From IMG/VR virus record IMGVR_UViG_3300005337_000441, positions 1-64,000 of that record: 64,000 bases of DNA. The stretch is one strand, 5' to 3'. The notes beneath the pieces are model-generated. The model made no database searches, was not told the origin of the DNA, and saw nothing but the letters and a program-made list of their open reading frames with translations. The translations under genes were made by a program, and so were the position numbers. Each line of letters begins with the position of its first letter. Within the stretch, counting starts at the first letter, position 1. Shown in pieces: positions 55,626 to 64,000 of this stretch.

Positions 55626-56630
55626 ATGCCTATTTTCAAGGACAGTTATCAGACGACTGTTGGATCGGCGTTTGTCACCAAATCCATCGAGACGGCGGTT
55701 AAGTCGGCGTTCATTCGCGACGGCCTGCATCACACCAACTTGGGCGTGCGTCGATCCGGCAATGTTTCGCCTGTGTTCGTGATCGGTAGTTGGTCCAGTG
55801 AAGCGGATATTCCACTGTTCACTCATCCGATTGTGGTTTTGAACCACGACAAGGAGAAGTTTCTCTGTACTGACTTGCGTTTCTATGTCAAGAAAGGTAC
55901 CCCCGCATCTGAGATCGAGAGCGGCATTCGCAACCTGACGGAGTACAACTTCGCCAAGAGCCGTGCCATCCTCAACCTCTTGTGGGTGAGTGAGCGAGTC
56001 GGAGAAATCCGCAACGGCCTACGCTTCGCTGGCGCGATGTACGCCACCTGGCTGTCCGACGCCATCGGCAAGACGTATGCCTTGGACCACGGCGACAAGC
56101 AGACGGTGGCCATCATCGCTCACTTCTTCTACCAAGCGCTGTTCTCCGAGGAGACGACGTTCGATGAAGAAGCCAAACAAATCATGGCTGCTCATACCAT
56201 AAAAGCGACTTTTTCCACAGCGGATCAAGTCTTCAAGGTTTTGGACAAGCTTCCGCCCTTGAAGGACATCACCGACTTCTGCAAAGCGGTCGCTGAACTC
56301 GTGGAGAACGTGCGGGTCAAGGACTTCAACCTGGCCGCTTTGCTGACCATGGTGAGCAACTCCTGGTACGGCACCAACAGCCGCGAGATCATCTCGGTGG
56401 CGCTGGAACATCCGCCGACCTGGCTGGCCATCGTCTACACGGGCCTGACCGAGCGCACCTACAAGACCAGCGCCATCGCCCGCATCGGCGAGATGCTGGG
56501 CAAGCGCGGCGTGGGCGACGAGTTCATCAAGCACTACCAACTGCTGATGCGCGAGAACACGGTCGAGCAAAAGCCCGGCCTGGTGATCTCCAACGAGGAA
56601 ATCATCGCTGAGCTGGGTGAGTTCAAGTAA
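55626..56630 (+). CDS. Virion structural protein (phiKZ gp28-like)
   Basis: Divergent from sheath; IP.F.HPI, VALEHPPTW.A.VY motif; C-terminal SNE candidate cleavage site. Confidence 0.7.
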   Translation: MPIFKDSYQTTVGSAFVTKSIETAVKSAFIRDGLHHTNLGVRRSGNVSPVFVIGSWSSEADIPLFTHPIVVLNHDKEKFLCTDLRFYVKKGTPASEIESGIRNLTEYNFAKSRAILNLLWVSERVGEIRNGLRFAGAMYATWLSDAIGKTYALDHGDKQTVAIIAHFFYQALFSEETTFDEEAKQIMAAHTIKATFSTADQVFKVLDKLPPLKDITDFCKAVAELVENVRVKDFNLAALLTMVSNSWYGTNSREIISVALEHPPTWLAIVYTGLTERTYKTSAIARIGEMLGKRGVGDEFIKHYQLLMRENTVEQKPGLVISNEEIIAELGEFK

Positions 56631-56644
56631 GGTCTGATCCGATC

Positions 56645-59254
56645 ATGGAACAGTACTTGGTCTCCCATGCGTTGAGGAACGTGTGGGGTAATCCTTCGCA
56701 AGACCGCCAGCTGGTGTTCGCTGCCAAAAGGATTACCCCTTTGAACGGGGCCCTCAATCGCTTCACCCTCATGAACAGAAAGGTAGCGCTGCCCATCCAG
56801 GGTAAGCGCTACCATGTTTTCCAAATCGGTCAACTCAACCCGAACCTGATCGGCTTTGCTAGCACGAAGCCGGACTGGGTCAACGAGAGCTGGCTGAACC
56901 TGGCGCAATCGATCGAGTCCAACAAGATGATGATCAGCCTGTACACGGCTGATGGCACTTGCATCCCTCGGTTCCAAACCTATTTGCTCTTCAGCAACGA
57001 GCGAGACCTCGTGGTCGCGGTCGAGGACAACTCCCGCGTCAAGATCGACTACAAGACCGATCAGGTCTACTTCCGGGTCTACAGCAACGCTTACTACGAG
57101 AGCCAAGCTGCCGACCAGCTGCCCGACGTCATGAAGTGCAAGGGCAAGATTGCCCTGAACGTCAACGACATTCTGGCCATGCAGCTGGAGGTCACCGCAC
57201 TCAGGCAGCTGACCGGTCACGTCTTCACGTACTGCAACGGCTTCTTGGTCGATGAGATCTCGCCCGTGACGGTGCAAATCGGTGACGCCATGGAGTACGT
57301 CTACGACTACTCCGTGAAGAAGATGGTCACCTTCGACGTGAACTCGCTCAACATCTTCTCCAGTACGCTGGACCTGAAGACCAAGTTCTTGCTCCACTAC
57401 GCCGGTACCGATGACAATACCATCGACTACCAGGACGATCTGGACATCTACATCCTGAACCCGAATGGCGCGCGCTACAAGGGTTACTACTACCATCGCA
57501 ACACGCCGGAGTCTCACCGCATGGTGACGCACCGTGACTATGCGATCGTGGTGGACTACTACACCTACATCGCTCAGAAGCTCGCTGAAGACACCTCGAC
57601 CACCCCGGTGGACATCATGGGCTTCAAGCTTCAGGTCGCCATCCGCAAGTCGGGCACCAACAATCGCCCGCTCATCTACGACAACGCACGCATCTTCGAG
57701 ATGTACAAGTTGGACGATGAGAAGATCCTCCAGGCCATGATGGGTGTCAACTCGTCGCTGGAAATCTGGAAGGCTCAAAGCCTGGAAGCCAATGCGTACA
57801 CCGAGCTCATGCGCGCTCCGTACGCCGAGAACGTCACGCTCTCGTTGGTGCAGTCGGCCTATGGCTACAACAGCATGTCCAAGATCGTCGGGGACACACC
57901 GCAGAAGACCACGCTCATCTCGGGCCGTCAGACTGCGACATTGCCCGAAGCGTTGATCGGCAACTGCACGGTCTACGAGTACGACGTGAACGGTCAGCTG
58001 CTCGGCTGGCACTACCACTCGGGCGATGTCACCTATCAGGCCGTGGACAACAACACGCGTCTGATCGAGGCAATCTCCGGTCGTGGCACGGACGCTCCGG
58101 ATGTGCGCTTCGGGACCGACAACATCCCGGTGCCTGCGGTGGACAACTACCGCGTGTACCGCTGCTGGTTTGACAACGGCGTGCCGAACAACCAGTGGGC
58201 CGATGTGACGGGTTCTTCCGAGTACCACATCGAAAACGGCATCCTGATCTGGGACAACGAGCAGATTGAGCAGTTCGTCATGGTGCGCACGGACGCCAAG
58301 TTCCTGGCCTATGACCTCGACCTGACGTGCGTCAACGGCAACCTCTTCTTCACTTTCGCAGAGAAGGAAGACCGAGGCCTGGGCGACGGCGTGCAGGACT
58401 ACACCCTGCCGGTGCCTCTGGGTGAGATCGACGTGTTCTTGAATGGACACTCCCTCATCAAAGGTCTGGACTACAACATCGTGTTCCCGACGATCCACGT
58501 TGTGAACAAGAAGTACCTGAACCAGCCTGGTACTGACGCGCTGCAACATCTGCATGTGCGCATGACCGGCTTCTGTTCTTCGGACTTGAAGTTCGAACAG
58601 ATCGATGACTACGGTTTCGTTCAATACGGGTTCCTCTCGGAGAACAACCGCTACGACATCCGTGACGACAAGGTGCTTCGCATCACGATGGACGGCAAGA
58701 CCCTGCATCGCGACGCTCTGCTCTTCTCCGAGGAGCATGACGGTGTGAGTGTGGCGGACCCGACCAACGGTCTGCCGTACCAAGTCAAGGACATCGTCGT
58801 CCCGCTCAAGCAGCTGGTCAACGAGAACACCTACAGCCTGCGTGCCAAGTCGATCCAGATTGACGAGGACGTCTCGGACTACATGACGATCAAGGACCCG
58901 GAAGCCGATCGTGGGGATCTGGACATCATCCCGGAGAAGTACCCGGTGGTGTCACCCTTCGTGAGCCGTGTCCTGAACGCCTTGCTGACCGACTACATCA
59001 CGAAAACCCAAATCGAGAATGCTGTCACGGACAATGACGTCATCGCGCTGGTGAGTGAGTTCGAACCTCTGCTTCAGTTTGACCCTGTCAACGAGGATCT
59101 GGAATATGACTACCGTTTCGTTGATGTGCATCCGCACCGCAACACGACGGTGATCAACTTGGAACTCTACCAGTTCCGCTTCCTGAATCGTGTAGTGGGT
59201 CTGTACTGTCACGGGCTCGTGAATCTCTCTCCCTTCTTCACCGTCAATCCGTAG
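56645..59254 (+). CDS. Virion structural/baseplate protein (phiKZ gp27-like, 869 aa)
   Basis: AL.NVW.NP.QDRQ, YYHRN...S.RMVTHRDY, FLNGHSLI.GLDY motifs; synteny. Confidence 0.75.
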   Translation: MEQYLVSHALRNVWGNPSQDRQLVFAAKRITPLNGALNRFTLMNRKVALPIQGKRYHVFQIGQLNPNLIGFASTKPDWVNESWLNLAQSIESNKMMISLYTADGTCIPRFQTYLLFSNERDLVVAVEDNSRVKIDYKTDQVYFRVYSNAYYESQAADQLPDVMKCKGKIALNVNDILAMQLEVTALRQLTGHVFTYCNGFLVDEISPVTVQIGDAMEYVYDYSVKKMVTFDVNSLNIFSSTLDLKTKFLLHYAGTDDNTIDYQDDLDIYILNPNGARYKGYYYHRNTPESHRMVTHRDYAIVVDYYTYIAQKLAEDTSTTPVDIMGFKLQVAIRKSGTNNRPLIYDNARIFEMYKLDDEKILQAMMGVNSSLEIWKAQSLEANAYTELMRAPYAENVTLSLVQSAYGYNSMSKIVGDTPQKTTLISGRQTATLPEALIGNCTVYEYDVNGQLLGWHYHSGDVTYQAVDNNTRLIEAISGRGTDAPDVRFGTDNIPVPAVDNYRVYRCWFDNGVPNNQWADVTGSSEYHIENGILIWDNEQIEQFVMVRTDAKFLAYDLDLTCVNGNLFFTFAEKEDRGLGDGVQDYTLPVPLGEIDVFLNGHSLIKGLDYNIVFPTIHVVNKKYLNQPGTDALQHLHVRMTGFCSSDLKFEQIDDYGFVQYGFLSENNRYDIRDDKVLRITMDGKTLHRDALLFSEEHDGVSVADPTNGLPYQVKDIVVPLKQLVNENTYSLRAKSIQIDEDVSDYMTIKDPEADRGDLDIIPEKYPVVSPFVSRVLNALLTDYITKTQIENAVTDNDVIALVSEFEPLLQFDPVNEDLEYDYRFVDVHPHRNTTVINLELYQFRFLNRVVGLYCHGLVNLSPFFTVNP

Positions 59255-59262
59255 GAGCTTCG

Positions 59263-60930
59263 ATGCCAACAAATTCTCCTGTGGTCGGCACCGATGGCCA
59301 ACCACCGATCTATCAGCCCGACGCGCGTTGGTGCTGGTGGTCGCTCGAAGAGATCTATCGAGGTCAACAAGGCGCCAACAAGTACATCCCGAAGGTCAAA
59401 GACTACGTGATGGACACCGACACGTACACCGCGTACCGTGTCGAGGCGCTGGACCCCGTCACCTATATCCCCACGCTCAAGGAAGTGCGTCCGGCCAACA
59501 TGGACTTCGTGTTCACGGAAACCGATGTGCTCTTCGGCGTGGGGCCGGGTACGCAAGCGGACACGTACCGCGTGTACCTGGATACGTCCGACATGCCCTA
59601 TTCGCTCGCCGTCGATGCACGGCTGCGCGTGGGTGGCACCATGTGCGCCTATGCCAAGATCTTCCGTGGCGCTGCCATCGACGGTCAAGGCGAGGTCATC
59701 TCCAAGGTCTACAACTCCAACGGTCAGTTCGTCTCCGAGAACGTGCCGCTGGAAGTGGTGGCTCTGGACTCGCACACCAACTACTCCATCAAGGCAGTAC
59801 CGCCCTGCAAGACCACCACGCAAATGCCCAACGGGGAGATCGTTACGGCGGTCTTCTACGCGAGCAACGGCACGGTGGTCTCCAAACGTCAGCTGCTCGT
59901 TGAGAACTCCAGCTTCATCCGCAGCGTGGACGCCTCGGCCAAGTACATCACGGGCATCCGTCTGGAGTCGCCCTTCATGTCGCCCACGATCGACAAGCAG
60001 ATCGACTATCCGCTGAACGTGCCCATGAACGCCCTGAACCTCATGGGCGTGGTCATGTACTCGGACGGCTCGGAGCTCAAGCTCCCGGTGGACGGCACGA
60101 AGTTCACGATGTTCGGTCTGGACCAGTACGTGTCCACGATCATCGGCCAGAAGCTCAACCTGGTGTTGCGCTATGCGATGGCTCCCAACGAGACGTCGTA
60201 CTCCGGCGTGAACAACGATGGCAATCACTACGTGACGGAGTCCTACGACCTCGTGACGGTGAACCCGAACAACAGCTACTCCGTGAAGCTCTTCGGCTAC
60301 CCGTACTGGGTGGACGCCTTCACCGGCTACCAGATGCGCTGGTGGATGATGAACCTGGACCGCAATGTCTGGTTCGACGTCACCGGCAAGGTGAGCTTCA
60401 ACGCCAACACGGGTCCCTACGATCCGAAGGGCTACGGCATCTTGCAACGCAAGAGCGTGAGCGTGAATCTGAAGGACGTCTCCGGCGTCTTCAAGAACTT
60501 CATCCACACGCAGCTCGTGGAGATCGTGCTCAACGGTCCCCCGAACGGTGTCGCCACGCCGTGGACGGTCTCTCACGAGTCCAACGCCACGCGTCCGCTC
60601 TACGGTCAAGGCCTCTTCGCCAAGATGAAGTCGGCCAACACCGTGAACCTGAGCTCGGACATCACCGACTACAACGAGTGGAAGACGCGCGTCTACCAGA
60701 ACACGTTCCCGTTGGTCAATCCGGCGAGCGAGCTGGCAGCGCCCACCCCCACACACTTCATCGTGGACTACCTGGGTCTGCAAACCACGTACGGCGTCGA
60801 GGACTGGAACCAAGACATCAACGTGGGCAGCAACGTCCAAGGGGCCAAGACGTTGTCCATCCGCTTCATCAAGCGCGTGGGCAACACCGATCAACAGCTC
60901 GCCGTGGCTGCGATGATCATCAACCCGTAA
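59263..60930 (+). CDS. Virion structural/baseplate protein (phiKZ gp26-like, 555 aa)
   Basis: W...EIY.G......YIPKV.DYV.D, SKRQLLVEN..F, KYITGI.L.SPF motifs; synteny. Confidence 0.75.
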   Translation: MPTNSPVVGTDGQPPIYQPDARWCWWSLEEIYRGQQGANKYIPKVKDYVMDTDTYTAYRVEALDPVTYIPTLKEVRPANMDFVFTETDVLFGVGPGTQADTYRVYLDTSDMPYSLAVDARLRVGGTMCAYAKIFRGAAIDGQGEVISKVYNSNGQFVSENVPLEVVALDSHTNYSIKAVPPCKTTTQMPNGEIVTAVFYASNGTVVSKRQLLVENSSFIRSVDASAKYITGIRLESPFMSPTIDKQIDYPLNVPMNALNLMGVVMYSDGSELKLPVDGTKFTMFGLDQYVSTIIGQKLNLVLRYAMAPNETSYSGVNNDGNHYVTESYDLVTVNPNNSYSVKLFGYPYWVDAFTGYQMRWWMMNLDRNVWFDVTGKVSFNANTGPYDPKGYGILQRKSVSVNLKDVSGVFKNFIHTQLVEIVLNGPPNGVATPWTVSHESNATRPLYGQGLFAKMKSANTVNLSSDITDYNEWKTRVYQNTFPLVNPASELAAPTPTHFIVDYLGLQTTYGVEDWNQDINVGSNVQGAKTLSIRFIKRVGNTDQQLAVAAMIINP

Positions 60931-60937
60931 ACCAACC

Positions 60938-60987
60938 AGCAGGTGGAGTGGGCTCTCGCAAGGGGGCCTGCTCCACCTGTATTCCGT
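60938..60987 (+). terminator. Hairpin after gp26-like gene with TATTCCGT motif variant
   Basis: CAGGTGGAG..GGCTC...GGGCC..CTCCACCTG-TATTCCGT. Confidence 0.65.
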
Positions 60988-61001
60988 CTCAAAAAAGATA
61001 C

Positions 61002-61015
61002 GGTCACATATACTT
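61002..61015 (+). promoter_or_regulatory. Candidate phage promoter motif GGTCACATATACTT
   Basis: Identical to 46752..46765; preceded by AAAAAA tract. Confidence 0.6.
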
Positions 61016-61057
61016 CATTTGACCACATAGCGTCAAACATCAAAACCGAGAGGAAAC

Positions 61058-61654
61058 ATGTCGCTACAACACTCGTTCCTGAATGTCTATTTCAGGAATA
61101 TGCATTTCAGCCCGCCCGTCGAGCAGTTCGTTCAAATCCTGCCGGTCGGCGAACTCTGGCAAGACGTGAGCAGCAGCTTGCTCAACGGCTTCATCAACAT
61201 CTTCTGCGAAGGCTCTGGTCCGATCGCAGCCGCCCTGGTGCACTACGACAAGGGCTCCGACGAACCCCTGCAGAACATCCAGAACTTCCAGTACGCTGAA
61301 GGGCTGGGTCCGCTACGCACCTTCGAGGTCTTCACTCGCAAGGACACGGTGCTCAACCTGATGCGCACGACCGACCTGCATTTGCGCAGCAGCACTCCAC
61401 TCAGCATCTTCGAGGACGGGGTGATGGTGCTGTACAAGTCCACAGGTACGGTGGACTGGGGTCCGATCTACTGGTTCTTCTGGTACGACCCGGATACCAC
61501 GAAGTGCGTCATCGGCCGCTTCACGTCGGAAGCGCCTGAGCCGAACATCCTGGCGGACTTCTACGCCTTCGCCGACGACATCTCCATTCGACACCAGGAA
61601 GAAGGGGCATCCCGCTTGCCTCAATCTCTCTTCCGTGGATGGATCGCGTACTAA
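61058..61654 (+). CDS. Hypothetical protein (198 aa)
   Basis: GAGG RBS. Confidence 0.65.
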   Translation: MSLQHSFLNVYFRNMHFSPPVEQFVQILPVGELWQDVSSSLLNGFINIFCEGSGPIAAALVHYDKGSDEPLQNIQNFQYAEGLGPLRTFEVFTRKDTVLNLMRTTDLHLRSSTPLSIFEDGVMVLYKSTGTVDWGPIYWFFWYDPDTTKCVIGRFTSEAPEPNILADFYAFADDISIRHQEEGASRLPQSLFRGWIAY

Positions 61655-61680
61655 ACCCCGTTCATGCAAAAGGAAACCAC

Positions 61681-62577
61681 ATGAATCTGATCGAACGACT
61701 TTCCCGCAGCCTCAATATGTCCAGCAAGCCGGACCTTCAGTCTGGCAACAAAACGGACTCGCCTTTCATCCAGGACATGCTCCTGGCTGGCGACGTCCAG
61801 ACCAACGTGAAGTCTCAGTTCGCAACCATCGTGGTCTACAACCCGCTGAACATCGAAGCCATCCTGGCGGCTTCGGAGATCAAGCGGCACTTCGATCACG
61901 TGCAGGTGTTGGCTGCTGACCAACTCATCCCGTCCGAAGACGAGATCGTGCAAGAAAAGACCACCTTCGTGTGGATTGGCGTTACGCTGGGAAGCGATCG
62001 TCTGCGCGCCATGCGCATCCACAAGGCCTCACACCGCCTGTACAGCAGCCGCGACGGTGTCGTCGCCGATGACACTGGCTACCGTCCCACGCTCATCGAG
62101 CGCGTTTGCGTGGACATGGGAATTCACGTCACGGCACGTCGCATCAAGCTGGGTTACCTGGCTTCGCAGTTCCATGAGCCTACCGGTCCCAACGAGACCA
62201 AGGCCGACAAGCTCGCTGCTCTGGTGGAAACCTGGGCAGAGCTGCGTGCTGCACTGGTGCACCTGAACGGCGACAACTACATGAGCCGTGTCAACATGTC
62301 GGCACAGACCATCTATCTGGAAGACATGGCGCGCGCCAAGCGCAAGATCAGCGGCAACTACCGCTTGATGATGAGTAAGGACGGTCACAAGGCGGTGCGC
62401 ACCCTCGTCACCCACTTCAACGACCACCTGTTCATCTTGGCTCTGCGCCTGATCGGCCTGAGCCACACGGCGTTCATGAACCACTGGGTCAGCAGCAATG
62501 GCACGCTGCTGTACACCAACATCTACCGCCCCCATCTGCACGAGGAAGAGAAGATCTCTCCCATCTTGCTGAGCTGA
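61681..62577 (+). CDS. Hypothetical protein, possible degenerate DHH-fold (298 aa)
   Basis: AAGGA RBS; IVVYNPLNIEAILAASEI resembles DHH motif I (Y-H..D.DG..AA) without the acidic/His residues. Confidence 0.55.
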   Translation: MNLIERLSRSLNMSSKPDLQSGNKTDSPFIQDMLLAGDVQTNVKSQFATIVVYNPLNIEAILAASEIKRHFDHVQVLAADQLIPSEDEIVQEKTTFVWIGVTLGSDRLRAMRIHKASHRLYSSRDGVVADDTGYRPTLIERVCVDMGIHVTARRIKLGYLASQFHEPTGPNETKADKLAALVETWAELRAALVHLNGDNYMSRVNMSAQTIYLEDMARAKRKISGNYRLMMSKDGHKAVRTLVTHFNDHLFILALRLIGLSHTAFMNHWVSSNGTLLYTNIYRPHLHEEEKISPILLS

Positions 62578-62625
62578 CGGCATACGCCCCCAGGAGCTTC
62601 ACGGCTCCTGGGGGCTCTATGCTGT
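62575..62625. terminator. Bidirectional hairpin with flanking conserved motif (cleanest copy)
   Basis: TGACGGCATA-C-GCCCCCAGGAGC-TTCACG-GCTCCTGGGGGC-TC-TATGCTGT. Confidence 0.85.
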
Positions 62626-62633
62626 CTCTTTTT

Positions 62634-64000
62634 TCAGTGGTACGTGTAGCCGTACGGATTGCGGTTCCCGAAACCCGAGAAGTTACGGGCTTGGTTGTTA
62701 AGGCGTCGCTGAAGCTTACGGCCTTCGCGCAGGTTGTTGATGAGCTCATCCACCGAGAGGTGTTGGTTGTCACTCTCGTTCAGACGCATCACGGCGCCGC
62801 GCAAGCGGTTCTCCAACATGTCGATGGCGAAGTCATCGCGTTCGTTACGAATCTGCTCAGTGAGGACTTCCACCTGTTGGCGGTAGTACTCCTGTTCCAT
62901 CCGTTTGTATTTGGCAGTGGGGTCGTTTTCAACCTGGTGTTGTTTGTTGTTCACCAAGATGTCACGAGCCTGAATACCGTAGTAGTGCAGATTGCGACCA
63001 GACAGCAAGATCCAAGCGCTCAAAAGCCAGGCGATGACCATGTCGTCATGCTTGCCTGCGGCGTGGTCGATACGCCCGTTGCGCACTTCCAGTCCCAGGA
63101 TCTGTTCAATGACCTTCTTGTCTTTGACCAGCTTGCCTGTGAGCTTGGCAGAATTTTGCAGTGTAGTGCTGTAGAGCTCCGTACGGCTTGTCGCACCGGT
63201 TGCCGAGGTGGCAAAGCCAAAGTGCTTCTTGAAGCGCACGTAGACATCTTCGCGGCGCATGGCCAGCGACACTTGAATCTCTTTCCAAGCCTCCGGATAG
63301 AGTTCCGGTTCTTGGACGATCTTGTTGTAGATCCGCTTGAACGGATCGATGCCACGCTTGGGCAGCATCAGCAGGAGGTAGTCCAGGATCGTGGCGCCAG
63401 AGGAGCGACGCTCCACGACCAGGGTGACGCTGGGGTACTTCTCCAACCAGTCACACAGCCACTCGGCGAACGTGATCAGGTTGGTTTCGTTGTAGTTGCC
63501 TGCAGCGGCCACAGAGCCGTCCTTGACCGCACGCAGCACCAAACCGATGTCGTCCTTGCCCACGGCGTCTGATGTGTCCACAGCCAGCGTATGGGCCTCT
63601 TGCATCTTGATGGCGATCTCACGCTCAGCGTAGTACCAGCGCGTGGTGTAGGCGTGAGGACGAGAGATGACGGTCTGGTAGTCGTCCGCTTGAGAGTTGC
63701 GGATGTCGTTGTTGAGCTCGGTCGTCAGCGGCGAGCTGATGCTACCAGACGTCCAGTGGTTCAGGTAGTCACGCTCAGCGGCTTCACCGGCAGCGTTGGT
63801 TGTCTTGATCTGTTCACGCAGCCATTCGTCGGTGTAACCCAGTTGACGATGGTTGAACGTGCAGTTCACTACGAGCTTGTCACCCGAAGACGCCTTGCGC
63901 ACGATCTCGCAGAGCTCTTCTTCGTTCTGTGCGTCCATGAACATCTCGGACCAAATGGCGGCTTCCATGAGGAGCTTGTGGGCGTAGGCACCGTCACGGT
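62634..64000 (-). CDS. terL: Terminase large subunit, C-terminal part (phiKZ gp25-like; starts beyond window end)
   Basis: Frame open to the window edge; FNHRQLG.TDEWL, nuclease motifs VDTSDAVGKD, LVVERRSSG, HDDMVIAWLL. Confidence 0.9.
   Translation of the reverse strand, partial: RDGAYAHKLLMEAAIWSEMFMDAQNEEELCEIVRKASSGDKLVVNCTFNHRQLGYTDEWLREQIKTTNAAGEAAERDYLNHWTSGSISSPLTTELNNDIRNSQADDYQTVISRPHAYTTRWYYAEREIAIKMQEAHTLAVDTSDAVGKDDIGLVLRAVKDGSVAAAGNYNETNLITFAEWLCDWLEKYPSVTLVVERRSSGATILDYLLLMLPKRGIDPFKRIYNKIVQEPELYPEAWKEIQVSLAMRREDVYVRFKKHFGFATSATGATSRTELYSTTLQNSAKLTGKLVKDKKVIEQILGLEVRNGRIDHAAGKHDDMVIAWLLSAWILLSGRNLHYYGIQARDILVNNKQHQVENDPTAKYKRMEQEYYRQQVEVLTEQIRNERDDFAIDMLENRLRGAVMRLNESDNQHLSVDELINNLREGRKLQRRLNNQARNFSGFGNRNPYGYTYH

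Noticed and set aside
53397-58783. Very long antisense ORFs (e.g. 53397..55610 +, 56534..58783 -, 36654..38591 -, 41696..43417 -, 32237..33871 +)
   Set aside because: They are mirror frames of well-supported, GC3-biased genes, which suppress stops on the opposite strand; the translations are V/D/R/H-rich with no motifs or RBS
1-64000. tRNA, rRNA, integrase, transposase or att sites; assignment to a named phage or host
   Set aside because: None recognised; GC content and gene order suggest a phiKZ-related phage of a GC-rich proteobacterial host, but the sequence alone does not identify it

Overview
A 64-kb segment of a GC-rich (roughly 58-60% by eye) phiKZ-like jumbo myophage (Chimalliviridae-type gene content and order; no chimallin gene lies in this window, so a phage nucleus cannot be confirmed). 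Left to right: a tandem array of modular tail-fibre paralogues (FG-GAP propeller or Ig tips); central spike; SbcC/Rad50 ATPase; virion proteins; RNase H; UvsX/RecA; the small virion-RNAP beta fragment; conserved hypotheticals including a NADAR-like protein; a phiKZ gp182-like tail protein; a 2492-aa gp181-like tape-measure/tail lysin; virion RNAP beta-prime and beta subunits; gp177/gp176-like proteins; prohead protease; an accessory block of small ORFs (45-52.5 kb); tail tube and sheath; gp28/27/26-like structural genes; and the 3' part of terminase large subunit. phiKZ/SPN3US gene numbers are assigned from motifs plus remembered synteny, not from a database search. Best leads: (1) an intact-looking Peptidase_S74 self-cleaving chaperone domain with two tandem SDxxxK motifs in the middle of the tape-measure lysin; (2) a conserved ACRGCAWA-hairpin-TATGCYGT element at all seven convergent gene junctions; (3) a ParB/Srx-fold ORF between the vRNAP genes that shares a YA[KN]W C-terminal tag with the prohead protease; (4) a mosaic tail-fibre array with identical DNA islands at equivalent positions; (5) a three-member paralogue family in the accessory block. 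No tRNA, rRNA, CRISPR array, integrase, intron or intein was recognised.
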